Shown in pieces: positions 13,139 through 27,201 of a DNA stretch of 64,000 nt. Numbering within the stretch: position 1 is the first letter of the stretch; the number at the start of each line of letters is the position of its first letter. Below the pieces are notes generated by a model, which worked only from the letters and a program-made list of their open reading frames with translations, had not been told where the DNA came from and did no database searches. Position numbers and translations under genes: made by a program. The stretch covers positions 7,207,559 through 7,271,558 of the forward strand of contig NC_069000.1 of NCBI RefSeq assembly GCF_001194135.2, read 5' to 3'. Source of the DNA: Octopus bimaculoides. Lineage: Eukaryota.

Positions 13139-16100
13139 NNNNNNNNNNTTTTTTTTAAGACAGTGTTAGCGATGAGAGATTTGGTTGTTATTTTTAGCAT
13201 GTCAAGTAACCACCACAGAGGTTTACTTCTTGGTTCGTGTTACACTTGTGTTAATGACATAAATATATTGGCTTCAATCTGCAATGAAGACTGTCCTGGT
13301 TAACTGAGGAGTGGTCTACTGAATGTTCAAGTTTGGGGTTGGTCACCTGTATAACACTACTACACTTGACCATAGAGTGTTGCTAGAATGACAATCATAC
13401 ATGGTCAGTACATGCAGTCTAAATAGACTGGTAACAATTGTTAAGGAAACTAGAAATTATAACTGCTTGGTTAAAAAGTTTGCTTCACAGCTACATGGAT
13501 TCAGTTTCAATTGTACTGCAGATAACCTTGGGTGAGTATTTATTGTCAAAGCCTTGTAAGTGAAATTTGGTAGAAAATGCTGGGGAGAAGATAAGAAAAT
13601 GAAGGGTTCTAAGAGACAGACTGTGGACAATTATGAAGTTAAGCAGAAATATCATCAAGTTCAATCCCTGTTAACCTCAACTTTATCTTTCACTCCCTTG
13701 AGGATTGATACAATAAGAGTAACGGGACTAAACCTCTGCTCCTAAATTTCAGGTTTTTTGCTCAGGCTAGAAACAAATTAAGTTACAAACCTAAAAATTC
13801 ATAGTGGTTTTGTAGAAATGTAAAGTGAATGGAAAGAACAAATGGTTCAACAATGGAGACAGGAGTAAAATAAGGAGTGGGTGAAATATAGGCAAATAGA
13901 TGGAGATAGAGATGGTGAGAGACAGGAAGGAAGAAAAAGATAATAACACAGGCCTGCTTGACCAGTGTCAGAGACAGAAGATGAGTGAAGTGGGGAGGCC
14001 TTACATAAGCTTAAAATGTAGATAATCTCAATCAGCAATAAGTTATATTTTCTGTAGTTAAAATAATCATCATCATCATTTAATGTCTGCTTCTCATACT
14101 GGCAGAAGCTGGATGGTTCGACAGGAGCTAGTGAGCCAGAAGAATGTGCCAAGCTCTACTGTCTGCTTTGGCATGGTTTCTATGGCTGGATACCATTCCT
14201 TATGCCAACCACTTTACAGTGTGTTCTGAGTGGTTTTTATGTGGCAACAGCACCAGTAAGATCACCAAGTAACATGCAAGACAAGACCATTCAACTGGTG
14301 GGGGGGAGGTAGTAGCATTGGGGGAGGTGGCTTTGTGCCAGGTGATGAGGTTAGAGTATGAAAGGACAGAAAACAGGTATCTTGCAGTAGAGGAGACACA
14401 TGGCTGACCCAGTTATAAAAAAGAGAAAGAGAAGAGGAAGAAGAGCTGTTGGGGCATACCTTCAAGTAACAAGTGAATGGGAGAGGACTGGATACGGTTA
14501 GTGGTCAGGTAAGTTCGCATGAGTGCAAAAGGAGAGTGGGAGACAAAGGGGAGGGGAATTCAGTGAGTAATGTTCACAGGTAGCGGGGCAGACATGTTAG
14601 GAAGATAAATTGTGAGGGGAGAGACAGAGTGTGTGCAGGGCATAGACATGTTCTATTTCTTGTCTTTATAAGTTACATGTAGCATGGATTATTAGAAACA
14701 TATTTTGTAATTAGACATCTGGTTGTATAACAACATCTGGAGATTTGAAACATCTGGACATGCCACAGATACAACATATAAACAGACATCTGGGCATAGA
14801 TATCTAACTTTGTATTAGGTGTATATATTTAACCATGTAATACAAGGGTGTATACAACTATATAATACATAAATATATAAAACCATGTAATATATGTATA
14901 TACACACACAACCGTGTAATATATATATATATTTATATATTATACAGACAGACACATACAACTATGTATATATATTATATATATATATATATATATATNN
15001 NNNNNNNNNNNNNNNNNNNNNNNNNNNNNNNNNNNNNNNNNNNNNNNNNNNNNNNNNNNNATATGCACACATTATATACATTATATATATACAACCATGT
15101 ACTATATACTTATATATATACAACTATGTAATAGATATACAAATTACAGACTCCTAGAAACAACTAATGACACAGATTGTTTTTAATTAAAATCATTAAT
15201 AGCTGATTGTTGATTATAGGTCTTAGTCCTTTCCTTACAATCACCATTTACTTGTGATATTTGTATTTAAGACATGATCAGATGTCTGTATCTATTACTT
15301 GGTTGTATCATCATGTAAACGGAAAGAAGTAAGGCCTGTGATCAACAGACTCAGTTATTAATGACTAATTAAAAGCAATCTATGACATCAACTGTTTCTA
15401 GGAGTCCATAATTTATGTGTGTGGCTAAGCATAACGAAAAATACTAAGCATTTTGGAGATCAACATTTAAGGCTTAATTAGATTAACCTTCTATAACCAT
15501 ATTTCTAATGAAACACAATGTATATTAATTTTTGTAAATAATCAGGAATTTGGAGGAATTATAATAAACTAACCAACTTAACCTGGTATTTAGAACATGA
15601 ATGGAAGAAAGGTTCTTACATGAAACTAAAATGGGTAAGGTTTTACATCATGTGAGTAGAGCCTTGAGCAAGTTTCTTCTACCAAATCCATAAGTCAAGC
15701 ACAGACTTGAAATTTGGTATACAAAAACTGTATGGAAGTTCATCAGAGGAACCGTCTGGGTTCTTGGTTGTAGACTTAATCCATACTACATTATCAGTTA
15801 ATAGTATCTTAATTCAAATTATAGAAGAGGGGATTGAGTATCCCTTAAAAGCTTGCACATTAACTGTAAGTTAACATATAACAACCCCAACACAGTTTAT
15901 CAGGTTACAACAATGTGAGAAACTCCCTTATAAAAGCCACTACACAAACCAGGGGTGAGAAACCCCTTTATATAAACTATCATGTACCATATATTTTATA
16001 TATTATATAATATCTGTGTGTCTGTGGAAACACATGCCCCTAGTGGTCACAGTGTTAACTCATTATCATAAGCTCATCCATTCCTGGATCAGGTGGCATT

Positions 16101-19100
16101 TTGTAGCCTTGAGCAAGGCACTTCATTTTACATTGCTCCTATCTACTTATCAGTTAATTAAGTACTAGCCAAGTGTTGCTGCAGTCCCCTCTACTTCCAA
16201 CAGTTACATTCTGCAGGTTTGGCTGGGTCAAGAGTGGGAAGCCGAAGGGAAGTCTATGCCTACTTGTAATTACATGGTACCTAAAACAATTAGTGCGAGG
16301 TACATGTTACCAAATCATATTCATTCGTGCGTGACAGCTATGTTATATATATATAAGTCATAAATGACAGAAATAATTTGATGAAATTTTATTTAACAAC
16401 AAAAAAATTCTAATATCTCAACAAATTGTTTCGTAACTTAAAAACATGTAAATGATTTATATTATTACATTTAATAAATAAATTACTTATAAGCCTGCAT
16501 TAATGCGAAATGCAAAAAATCCTTCAAAACATTATGTTCAATAATGTTTACAACACTCACAATACTTCTAATTCAAATTTGAATATATGTATGTATATAT
16601 AAACCATACATGTGGCTTGCATGAGATGCAGCACATCATCAAACCATGACATTATTCAAAAAATTCAAGGTAATTTTTTGTTAGGCATGCCATCCAGAAA
16701 GTTCTGTGAACTGCAGTTTGCCAATGATTTAGTCGCACATACATAGTGTATATTTTGTATGTAAGCCAAATTTTGCAGGATAGTGTCCATACATGACACT
16801 AAGTGTTAAAGAACACTAAATGTCACAGATCAGGCAAAACAATTTGCTTCAAATACTGAGAATGGTAGATACCCAATATTTCACCATTATTATTGTGGCA
16901 TATCAATACTGCATATTTGGATCATCTCAAAATGAAATGAATTGCTGTTCAATGACTTATATGCAAATAAAGTGAAATCAATTTGCTGATGTGCTGTAGC
17001 TCGGCACATGTAAAAGAGAAATAAATTATGAGTCCCCACCCCTCTCCCCCAGTTTCTGAAAAGATTATCTCAATATTAGGGACCAACAAACCGGATATGC
17101 AATATTTATTTATTTATTTATTCATTCATATGTGAGAAAACTACTTTTTCTACAACATTTACTCGTGATCAGTTTGACAATTCAGTTGTGGAGTTTTCAA
17201 TTTAAATAAAGTTTTAACACGAGTTCTGCGAGAAGAGAGTCGAAAGTTTTGCTAAGTAAAGAATGGAAAAAGTTAGAAAATGGAATCTAGAAGAAGAAAC
17301 AATGGCTACAACAGAGATAATAATGTAATCAGTGAGGTATTTCATATAGGAAATAACAACTGGAGAAAGGAGTTACTCTCTTCTGCTGTTGCCATACCAT
17401 TCCTAACAGACTGACAGACAGACAGACAGGGAAGAAAGAGGAAAACAAGATAAAAATTAATATGCTTCTTCATGAAGAAGAGGGAGAGAAGGGTGTGCTA
17501 TAAGCTGGTGGAGGTTGTTGAAGATAGAATAGATGCTATGTTGAATAATGAAATGGTTCCTGGAATATTCTAGTTGGCTTTACTCAAATAACAAACATAA
17601 AAGCGAGATCAATACTAAACAACAACAGCCCCCTCCCCGAGACACACCACACCCCAACCAAACACCCATTGACAATTAGTGCAACGGGGAGAGGAGGGGG
17701 GAGGACAGTTTTATATGAAGTTGGGGAGTTTAAACTGAGCCTCGAAATACACATTTACACTCCCTCTACACTAACACACATCATCCCACTTCTTTCTCCA
17801 TTCTGGCAGCTCCTCTCTTCTAGCTAAAGCTGTCATCCTCTCCCCCACTGCCATATCTGAGAGAGAGAAAGAGGGAGGGAGGGAGGGAGGAGGGAAAGGA
17901 GGGTGAAAGGCAGATATGATGACATCATTCTAATGATCTTCAAAGACCTCCTTCTTCCATCACACACCACAATTTCAAAGATAATCAAATAATCACCTTT
18001 GTTGTACCAATTCCATTATTATTCAAAGTGATTGTCCTCCTCATTAGTAGAATCCTTCCCATGTTTTAATATCTACTGTGATAAGTTAGACAGACCAACA
18101 GACAGGACTCCTATGTGTTTTAAGGATTTCAAGGAAACAAAATATGACCAAAAAAAAAAAAAAAAAAAAAAGAAAGGAAAGAGGTTAATTAATGAAACAT
18201 TCGTTATCTGTGAAAGTTTATCTGTTTGCTACGAAATTCTAAATGACATCACAAATTTGATATTATCATTGAGGTTCTAGTTTTGGTCCCTTGCCTTGTT
18301 TTATTCATTTCAAGACACGCCCAAAGTAGCTATATTTTAATAATAATAATAATAATAATAATTAGTGAAAAACAAAAGCTGACAAATATATTTTTAAAAC
18401 TATTTAAATCTAACATCTCAGTGAAATGGTTGAACTTGATTTAAATCTTTAGACTGAAGCAAAGAAAAAAAGAAGCCAACAAATAAAAGGAAACAGAAAA
18501 AAAGAAATCAAAATTAGCACTGGGCTCACTCTGTGGAGTGGTTGGCGCTAGGAAGGGCATCCAGCTGTGAAGACCCTGCCAAAACAGACACAGTAGCCTG
18601 GGGTAGTCTTCTGTTAACCATCCTACCCATGCATGCATGGAAGTCGTATGTTAAACGATGATGATGATATATATATATGTATATGTGAATGTGTGCGTTT
18701 ATATGTGTGTGTATATTAATGAGTGACAAGAGAATAGGAATCGTGTAATCACTTTCGTGCAACATCCTATAGCAACCTTGGAGCCATTAAAATGTCTCTG
18801 AGGAAGCTACAAGATGTTGCACAAGCACTCGGCTCTGAGTACATTGCTTTTTATAGCAGAAACAACTGTAAGGTAATGAAGTTGGCTATATGATTCATGT
18901 TCCCAAGTCATTAACTTTATGCTCTGTACTTGCTTAATGCTTTACTCTAAAGCATATGTATTGAGTTCTAATAACTGATTACTTCTATCACTATGCCTAA
19001 GCAAAATCATAAATTATATATACATATACATACATTTATATATATGTATACACACACACACACACCTATTCAATGCAGTCTTACCTTTCACTAGATCTTG

Positions 19101-19224
19101 TCAAACTGACCAACTCATGCCAGCATGGAAAACAAACATTAAATGATGATATATCTACTGATATGCATTTTGTTTGATGTGTTAATAATTCTGTCAACTT
19201 GCTGCCATGACGATGATAATAATA

Positions 19225-19808
19225 ATAATTTTTTCTACTGAAGGCACAAAGCCAGAAATTGGGGTGGGGGGGAACCAGTTGATGACATCGACTCCAGTGC
19301 ATACCTGTTGCTCATTTCATCAACCCTGAAAGAATGAAGGGCAAAGTCAACCTCAGTGAAATAATAATAATAATAATAATAATAATAATCCTTTCTACTA
19401 AAGGTACAAGACCTGAAATTTTGGCGGAGAGGACTAGTCGATTACATCAACCCCAATGTTTCACTGGTACTTAATCTATCAACTCCGAAAGGATGAAAAG
19501 CAAAGTTGACCATGGCAGAATTTGAACTCAGACCATTAAGACAGACAAAATAGCGCTAAGCATTTTGCCTGGTATGCTAATAATTCTGCCAACTTTACAC
19601 CTTAATAATAATAATAATCCTTTCTATTATAGGTAGAAGGCCTGAAATTTTGGGGAAGGGGACTAGTCGATTGCATTGAGCCCAGTGTTTCACTGGTACA
19701 GATGAAAGACAAAGTTAACGGTGGTGGAATTTCAACTCAGAACATGAAAACATGAAATACCTCTAAGCATTTCACCTGGCATGCTAATGATTCTACCAGC
19801 TTGCCACC

Positions 19809-19856
<48 letters not shown>

Positions 19857-19860
19857 TTAA
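19225..19860 (-). mobile_element. Three tandem copies of SINE family C separated by (AAT)n tails
   Basis: The GGATGAAAG..AAAGT..ACC...GAATTTGAACTCAG motif is repeated three times. The same family occurs at ~7790-7945, 7990-8210, 9005-9190, 9640-9855, 24270-24450, 25880-26320, 48190-48355, 54170-54385, 57840-58272 and 59258-59440. Confidence 0.75.
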
Positions 19861-21279
19861 CCAATTTAAAACAAAAATTAAAATATCAGATATTTGGACT
19901 AAAATCTCCTACAAAAGATGGACATTGCACCAAGTAATTGTTTGAATCTGCAGCATGAAGGTAAACAATGGTTGTGTGTAGTGGAGGGAGGTTGGGTTGC
20001 TGCCTGTTTACAAGTCACAGTGACATGTTGTCAGCTTCTTCCACCTGTTCCATTCTTCAACATTCGTTTTTTGTCTTGTAAAGAGAGTTTGGTATTGCAG
20101 AGTGGGTGGTACTTCATGATTCATTAGTTTTCAAGTTCAAATCTGCTACAGGAATTTTGTTGTTTCCTCTCTGCAGAATGTAAGAAGTTTGCTTTGTAAC
20201 CCTAAGTTGAGCTTACTGTGAGCCAGTGCCTTCAACTACATCAGCTTGACCAGTGCTGTCTGAATGGAATTTCAGAGAGGAAACTAGGAAGAAGCCTGTC
20301 TAGTTACTGTATATTTATATAAGCAAAGTATGTAAATATCAGTGAGAAAAGCTAAAATCTAGAGCTGTTTGAGAGCAGTCCTTGGAGATATTTGTATCAC
20401 AGACATTCCCTTGTCACTGATGCCGTCAGAAATACCCAGTGACCAGTTTATTTGAGACATGTAACCTACAATACTACATTTACAAATTGGGATATAGAAT
20501 AGGTAATGTTATATAGACATTGTTCATTCATTTGTTGGCCTATGCCGTGGTTTAAGGCCCTGGTCAGCCCTGAGTGAGATCTGTGATGAAAGGAAGTCCA
20601 GAGGTGTCCTTTCCAACTAGGACTACAGTGTCCATTGTGAACTACAATTTTTAGAACAAAAATGTAATTTGATGGAGAAGTGGCAACTATTTCTAGCAAG
20701 TCTAGTGACCACACAGCAGCTCTATCTTATAAAACACAACTTACAGATCGAGAAAGTTTAGTGGTTTCATTTACTATAATGCGAATTGCTGGGCCATGAT
20801 AAGTGGCAAGATGTCATCCAACCCATATGTTATGATGTATATGTGTAGAACAGGGGTCAGTAAAATGGTCAATGCTAACCCTTGGGGGTTAATATGGCTA
20901 TCCAAGGGGTCAATAAATGCCTGAAATGATTTTGAGCATTAAGGGTGCTGAATTATTAGTGAACTAAATTTGGAAGAGTACAGTAATTTTCAAGCATTTA
21001 ACATTTAAACCAGCCATATCAGGGCCAATTATTCTTCCTGTTTTATGTTCAAACTGGTCAGATCTGGCCTTTTGCACCTACCCTACAATATTAATCTAAA
21101 AAACTAAATCACATTAAAGAAATCTCAAAGCTATGAGATAATGCATAATTAATTCAAAACACTGTGAATTGAATGTTAAAGGGAAACCTCTACATGGTTG
21201 CTCAAGCTGCTAGAAATGGCAGCTAAATCTTCCTCAAATCAACACAGCTATAGTAAATCAGAGAAAATATATTAAATAT

Positions 21280-21486
21280 ATTCTTTTACTTGTTTCAGTC
21301 ATTTGACTGCGGCCATGCTGGTGCATCACTTTAAAGGGGTTTTAGTTGAAGAAATCAACTCCAGGATTTATTTTTTGTGAGCAAAGTACTTATTCTAACG
21401 GTCTCTTTTGCCGTACCACTAAGTTACGAGGACCTAAACACACGAGCATTGAATGTCAAACAATGATGGGGGGAAGACAGACACAT

Positions 21487-21537
<51 letters not shown>

Positions 21538-21670
21538 ACGGGCTGCTTTCAGTTTCTGTCTACCAAATCTACTCACAAGGCTTTGGTCAACCCGATGCTA
21601 TAGTAGAAGACACTTGCTGAAGGTGCCATGCAGTGGAACTGAGCCTGCAACCATATGGTTGGGAAGCATT
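21280..21670 (-). mobile_element. SINE family A, minus copy
   Basis: Reverse complement of the 5306-5698 family. Confidence 0.75.
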
Positions 21671-21974
21671 GACAGGGTAACCAGAATGCTAAAGGATTAA
21701 GGCTGAAACCCTAATTTCCAGCCAAATAAGGCAATAACCAATATTCACCTAACACATATTTCACATTATATTTTCCAAGTATATCAATACAACACAATGA
21801 ATTTTTATTGTTCTTCATCAAGTTCAAGAAGTATTTTCATTGAATTTCTTTAAATAATTCTTATTAAAAAGTAATAATGACTCAAAAGAACAAAAAAATT
21901 AATGTTTTTAAATCTAGAAATTTTTTTAAATGATAATTCTTTTTAGTTTTATTTTAGAAATTTACATGATAGCC

Positions 21975-22470
21975 ACAGGTGTGTGGCTGTGTGGTGAAAA
22001 GTTTGCTTCCCAATCTCATGATTCTGGGTACAGTTCCTCTGTATGGCACCTTGGGCAAGTGTTTTCTACTACAGCCCTGGGCTGATCAAAAGCCTTGTAA
22101 GTGGATTTGGTAAATCGAACCCAAAAGAAGCCTGTCATATGCGTGTGTGTGTGTGTATAATATATATATAAATGTAGATAAAACAAATGATAGAGATGGT
22201 AAATGGAATATAGGCAGCGAATGAGCTTTGTCGGCTTACTACAGGAACATACCCAACACTTAAATATTTACTTATATAATGTGTGTGTGTGTGTGTGTGT
22301 GTGTGCCTCCAACCATATCTTGGCAAAAAGAGACTGATAGAACGAATAAGTGCCAAGCTTTAAAAAAATAACTACGAGAGAGGTGACTTGTTTAACCAAA
22401 TTTTTCAAAGCAGTGCTCCAGCATGACCACAGTCCAATCACCGAAACAAGTAAAAAGTGAAAAAAAAAAA
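21975..22470 (+). mobile_element. SINE family A, plus copy
   Basis: Homologous to the 5306-5698 family. Confidence 0.75.
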
Positions 22471-23414
22471 AAAAAAAGTAATGTCTGTTGAGTTATTATT
22501 GGTTACATGAGAGAACTCCTGACATATGGTTAAACAAGTGGTATCTTCCTAAGTGACCAAAATTCCATAACAAAATAGAAGTCTGGTGACCAAAATATGA
22601 AAGAATACAAAAACTTGTCTTCATAAATTCAACTACAATAGGTCACAAGAATTCATTGTGCTTGTCTTTAGCCTCCATTTTTGAGGAGTGTGGGACATTT
22701 CAATCTTTTTTTCGCTTATGTTTTGTTGTTTTGTAATTTTTTTTATCAAGTGAAGGCCTAGCAGTTAGGGTCTTGCACTCACAAATCACAGAGCAAAATA
22801 GAACCCAATTTGTCAGTCAGGCAAACTGAAGGACACACTTGTGCATTTTGCTCAAAACCACTACTGTAAAGTGGCCTTGCTGTTAGTTCCTCAGACCCTT
22901 AATATCACTGTCAATGAGTCTTTAACCCTTTCAATACTAGCTGAAACCCTTCAGGGTTTTTTTTTTTTTTTTTTTTTTTTGCTTCTTTTCATATACAAAA
23001 TCTCTTGCTTTAGACATATTAAATAAATGTTATGTACAGTAAACCTGTATAATTTTAAATCATGGTTTTGATCCTCAGATCAAGCAGTATATTGTGCTTT
23101 CGAGCAAATCACTTCATTTCATATCATTCCAGTTCACTCAGCAGTAAATGGGTTTAATTAATAACTGAGAAATTAAGCCCGCAATGGGTTGGTGTCACAT
23201 TCAGAGGGGAATGTTGCAATATCAGTCACTTATATGCCACGGGAACCAAGTGAACCCCAGCCTAGTGAGCTCTAGGGCTCATGACAGACCTTCTGAATCT
23301 AACTTACCTCTGTCATCTGTTCACAGACATGATACGTTTGTAACTGGTAGGTAGATAGTATTTGGTAGCTGGCTAGTAAATAGTAGCTGAAACTGTCCAA
23401 GATATTGGTCCAAC

Positions 23415-23825
23415 TAGTATTACTCTACGGATGTGACAATGGAAAGTGATAAAAATGGAAGAAAAACAAAGGACAGCTTCCAATTCACATGCTTAAAGAG
23501 AATACTTGACATCAAGTGGCTGCAAAGAGCCTGAAATGACACAACTGCGATGACAGCAGGCATCAACAGGATCAGAGACAAAACAGGACACAGTTGCTGG
23601 AATTGGATCGGACATGTCCTCAGACAAGATTGAGAAGGCAATTGTATGGTGACATAAAATGGCAGTCTGAAGGGAAAAGAGCAGCAGAGAACCATATGGC
23701 GAAGGGCCACTGACAAGGAAAGAAGAACGCAAAGGAGAAGCAAGAATGAGATCAGAACGGCAGCAGAGAACAGAACTGGTTGGAGAAATCATACTGTGGC
23801 CTTATGTGCCTCTTGGCACAGATAG
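23415..23825 (+). mobile_element. RTE-clade LINE 3' fragment (degenerate RT C-terminus)
   Basis: Decayed translation LLYGC.TWKV..., DSFQFTCLKRILDIKW, WNWIGHVLR, EGKR, WR....ALCA. Confidence 0.65.
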
Positions 23826-25105
23826 AACAAATTGATAGTATTTGGCAGCTGACTAGCAGTTAGTATATAGTAAGTAGATAGTGAAGTAGATAGTAGGTGG
23901 ACAGTGAATAGTAGATGGATAGTGAACAGTAGGTGGATAGCGTATAGTAGCTAGATAGTATGTAATGCTTAATATGTCGTTGAAATTAACAAAGAAAAAA
24001 AATGAGAATTAGGAGAAGGTGATCATGTGATTCTCTCAAATTTCTGTAGCACCTAAATATCCCCTTTTTCTTATGTGGGTTTCTTTATAATGTGACGTAG
24101 ACCCTGTTGGCCTTATGGCTTCTCTTTGAGAATCACTTGTACAACAAGCCTATGTGAACCGATTCATCAGTCAAGCAAACTGAAGGATGCACTTGTGCAT
24201 TTTGCCCCAAAACACTACAGTACAGTGGCCTTGTTGTTAGTTTCCTCAGACCCTTAATATCACTGCCACTGAAGGCAGCGAGCTGGCAGAATTTGAACTC
24301 TGAACATAAAGACAGACAAAATACTGCTAAGCATTTCGCCTGGCATGCTGAGTTCAAATTCTGCCGAGGTCGACTTTGCCTTTCATCCTTTCAGGGTCGA
24401 TAAATTAAGTACCAGTTGCATACTGGGGTCGATCTTTTGGGGAGGAGGCCAGTCGATTGAACAGCAACTTCAAGTAGTAATTTAGTTCTATCCCACTAGG
24501 ACCAAAATTCAAATCTAACTGGGGTAATAACTTTAACATCTCTTTTCCCATACTGACATAAGACAGACAGTTTATAAGATAAAAGATAAGCTAATTGCAA
24601 AACACTGTTGATTTAGAACAATGAATCAACTAAAACTTATTTAGATTCTACCAAAAAGATTTAAATAGATCAGAGATAACAGACACAATGTTATTATCAG
24701 ACACAGGTCTTTCGACCAAAGATCAGATCATGTCAAGAGATTCAAAAATAAGGACTGCTCAATTTCTGATATATCAATGATATTTATTTAACTAATGTCA
24801 TCATCATTTAATGTCCGATTTCCATGCTGGCATGGGTTGGACAGTTTAGCAGGAGCTGGCTAGGCAGAAGACTGTACCAGGCTTCACTGTCGGTTTTGAC
24901 ATGATTTTTATAGTGGGATGTCCTTCCTAACACCAACCACTTTGCAGTGTGGACTGGATGCTTTTTATGTGAACTTATTGAATTGACTAAGATTTTAATG
25001 CAAACAATATGAGACAGTACTTTATGGAAGAAACAGTAGCAAAGACAGAATCTTTTACTTTTTGTAAGATTGCATCAAATGTAAAATATTCAAATATAAT
25101 GTTAA

Positions 25106-25326
25106 TCCTTTAGTGTTCAGATTATTCTGTTAAATGTAATACTTATTTATTCACATTATTTTGAATTAATCATGAATTTTCTTGTAGCTTCAAGATTATA
25201 ATGACACAGTAATTTATTTTTAGACTGACATTGTAGGATAGGTGTGATGAGTCACATTTGGCCAGTTTGAACATATAGCTAGTAGAATATTTTGGCTGGA
25301 TATGGCCGATTTAAATACTAAAGAGT
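25106..25326 (-). mobile_element. piggyBac-like MITE, inverted copy
   Basis: Reverse complement of the 3186-3424 family along its whole length. Confidence 0.65.
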
Positions 25327-27201
25327 TCACAACATTTGCTACAAACAAAAAAATAAAAGAAAATTGTAGAGGGTCATGGAAGACTGCTGATTTGTCAAAA
25401 AGGGCTGGGACCCAGAACACTGCAAAGTGGATGGCATTAGGAAGGGCATCCAGCTGTAGAGAACATGCCAAAGCAGACATTGGGGATCAACACACACACA
25501 TCCAGCTTATTGAATCCTGTTGAGCCCACCAACTGATGCAGGCATGGAAGACAGACATTAAAAGATGAGGATTGAGATCAGTGTAATGGTAAAAAGACTG
25601 TGGGACCTGGTATTTTAGGACACCATAACTTTGATAGAATGAATGATACAGATTCATACATAAAACATGAGAACGTTTCATGAACAGGAATCCTAAAAAA
25701 AGGTGGCGGGGGATCTCTTCTTACAACAAGGGCAATGGAACAGAGGACATTACAGAACAATGTGGGTGAGTATCTGCTAAATAATCCCTGTAACATTACT
25801 GGTACTTATTGGTCAGTTATGAAAAGCAAAGCTGACTTGGAGGATTTCAATCCAAAATCATCATCATTATTATTACTGGGTGGCGAGCTGGCAGAAATGT
25901 CAGAGCATTGGGAAAATGCTTTGCAGTATTTCTTCTAATACATTACATTACATTCTGAGTTCAAGTTCCACTGAAGTTGACTTTGCTTTTCATCCTTTCA
26001 AGGGCTGATAAAATAGGTACCAGTCAAGTACTGGCGTCACTGTAATCAACTAACCTTCTCCCTTAAAATCAAAGCAATATGCCAAAATTAGAAAGATTTA
26101 TTATTATTATTATTAGAACTGGTTGAGCATCAGAAAAAAATTGCTTTGCAGTATTTTTTTCCAACATTTTTTGTAATGAGATCAACTTTGCCTTTCATCC
26201 CTCTGAGATCAATATAACAAAGTACTAATCATGTACTGAGGATGACAGTACCAACTAATCTTGTCTCTCTAAAAATTACAGGCCTTGTGTCTAAATCAGA
26301 AATATTATTATTATTACTAGCACAATGTCTCAGATTTATAAAGGAGAGGAAATGGAGTTGTGTGACTAGAATGAGGGGGATTCCCTTTTTAAAAACATCA
26401 CCTATAACAATAATTTTGAAACTAATAGCAGCTTCCTTCTCCCCGAGAATTAGTAACATTTTTGCCCTACCCCCTTAATTAAACAAGAATAGAAAATACA
26501 GATCACATCCATATGATTTTTTTCCTTCACTGTGGTGTTGGACAAGTTTAAAACCATCTACTTTCGTTAAACATGGCAATTTGTATGACCCCACTGTCCA
26601 GTCCTGGCAAAACCTCCCTCTTTCCCCCGATACATATCAAACACTCAACATAGAATCCCATGATGTCTCTTGTTAGACCTATGAATGAAGCCAGTTTACA
26701 TTCATTGTTGTTTTCATTCATGAAAGACAAAAGATGTTTTGCTAACGTAACGAGATGTGTGTTAGTTATTCTGTCGTCGAAGTTTGAGATCAGTCAAAAT
26801 ATAAATGACATCAACTAAGTTTTGATAGCAGAAACAAACTGAGCAAAAAACATTTCAAATACATTTTAAAGTTTATATTAACAATGGTTCCATAGTGATT
26901 GACCATCAATCACTCATATTTGACACTTGTGTTCAAATCCAATTCGGTACTTGTACACTCTGCTTGGAATTAACAGGTCAATTGTCTATCCTGGTCTCAA
27001 TTAGCCATCAGTGGTGCCAGCACAACAGAAGTAGTACTCAATATTCTTTATACAGTGTACTTGAGAAAATGTGTCATTTAGGAAAATGTCATCCTCCAAA
27101 GTGACTTATAGTGATGCTGAAAAACTGAAAACACCAAAACAAAAAAAGAAGACAAAAGTTTTCTTCCACACAGAAAGAAACATGTTAAAAAGTTTTCTTA
27201 C

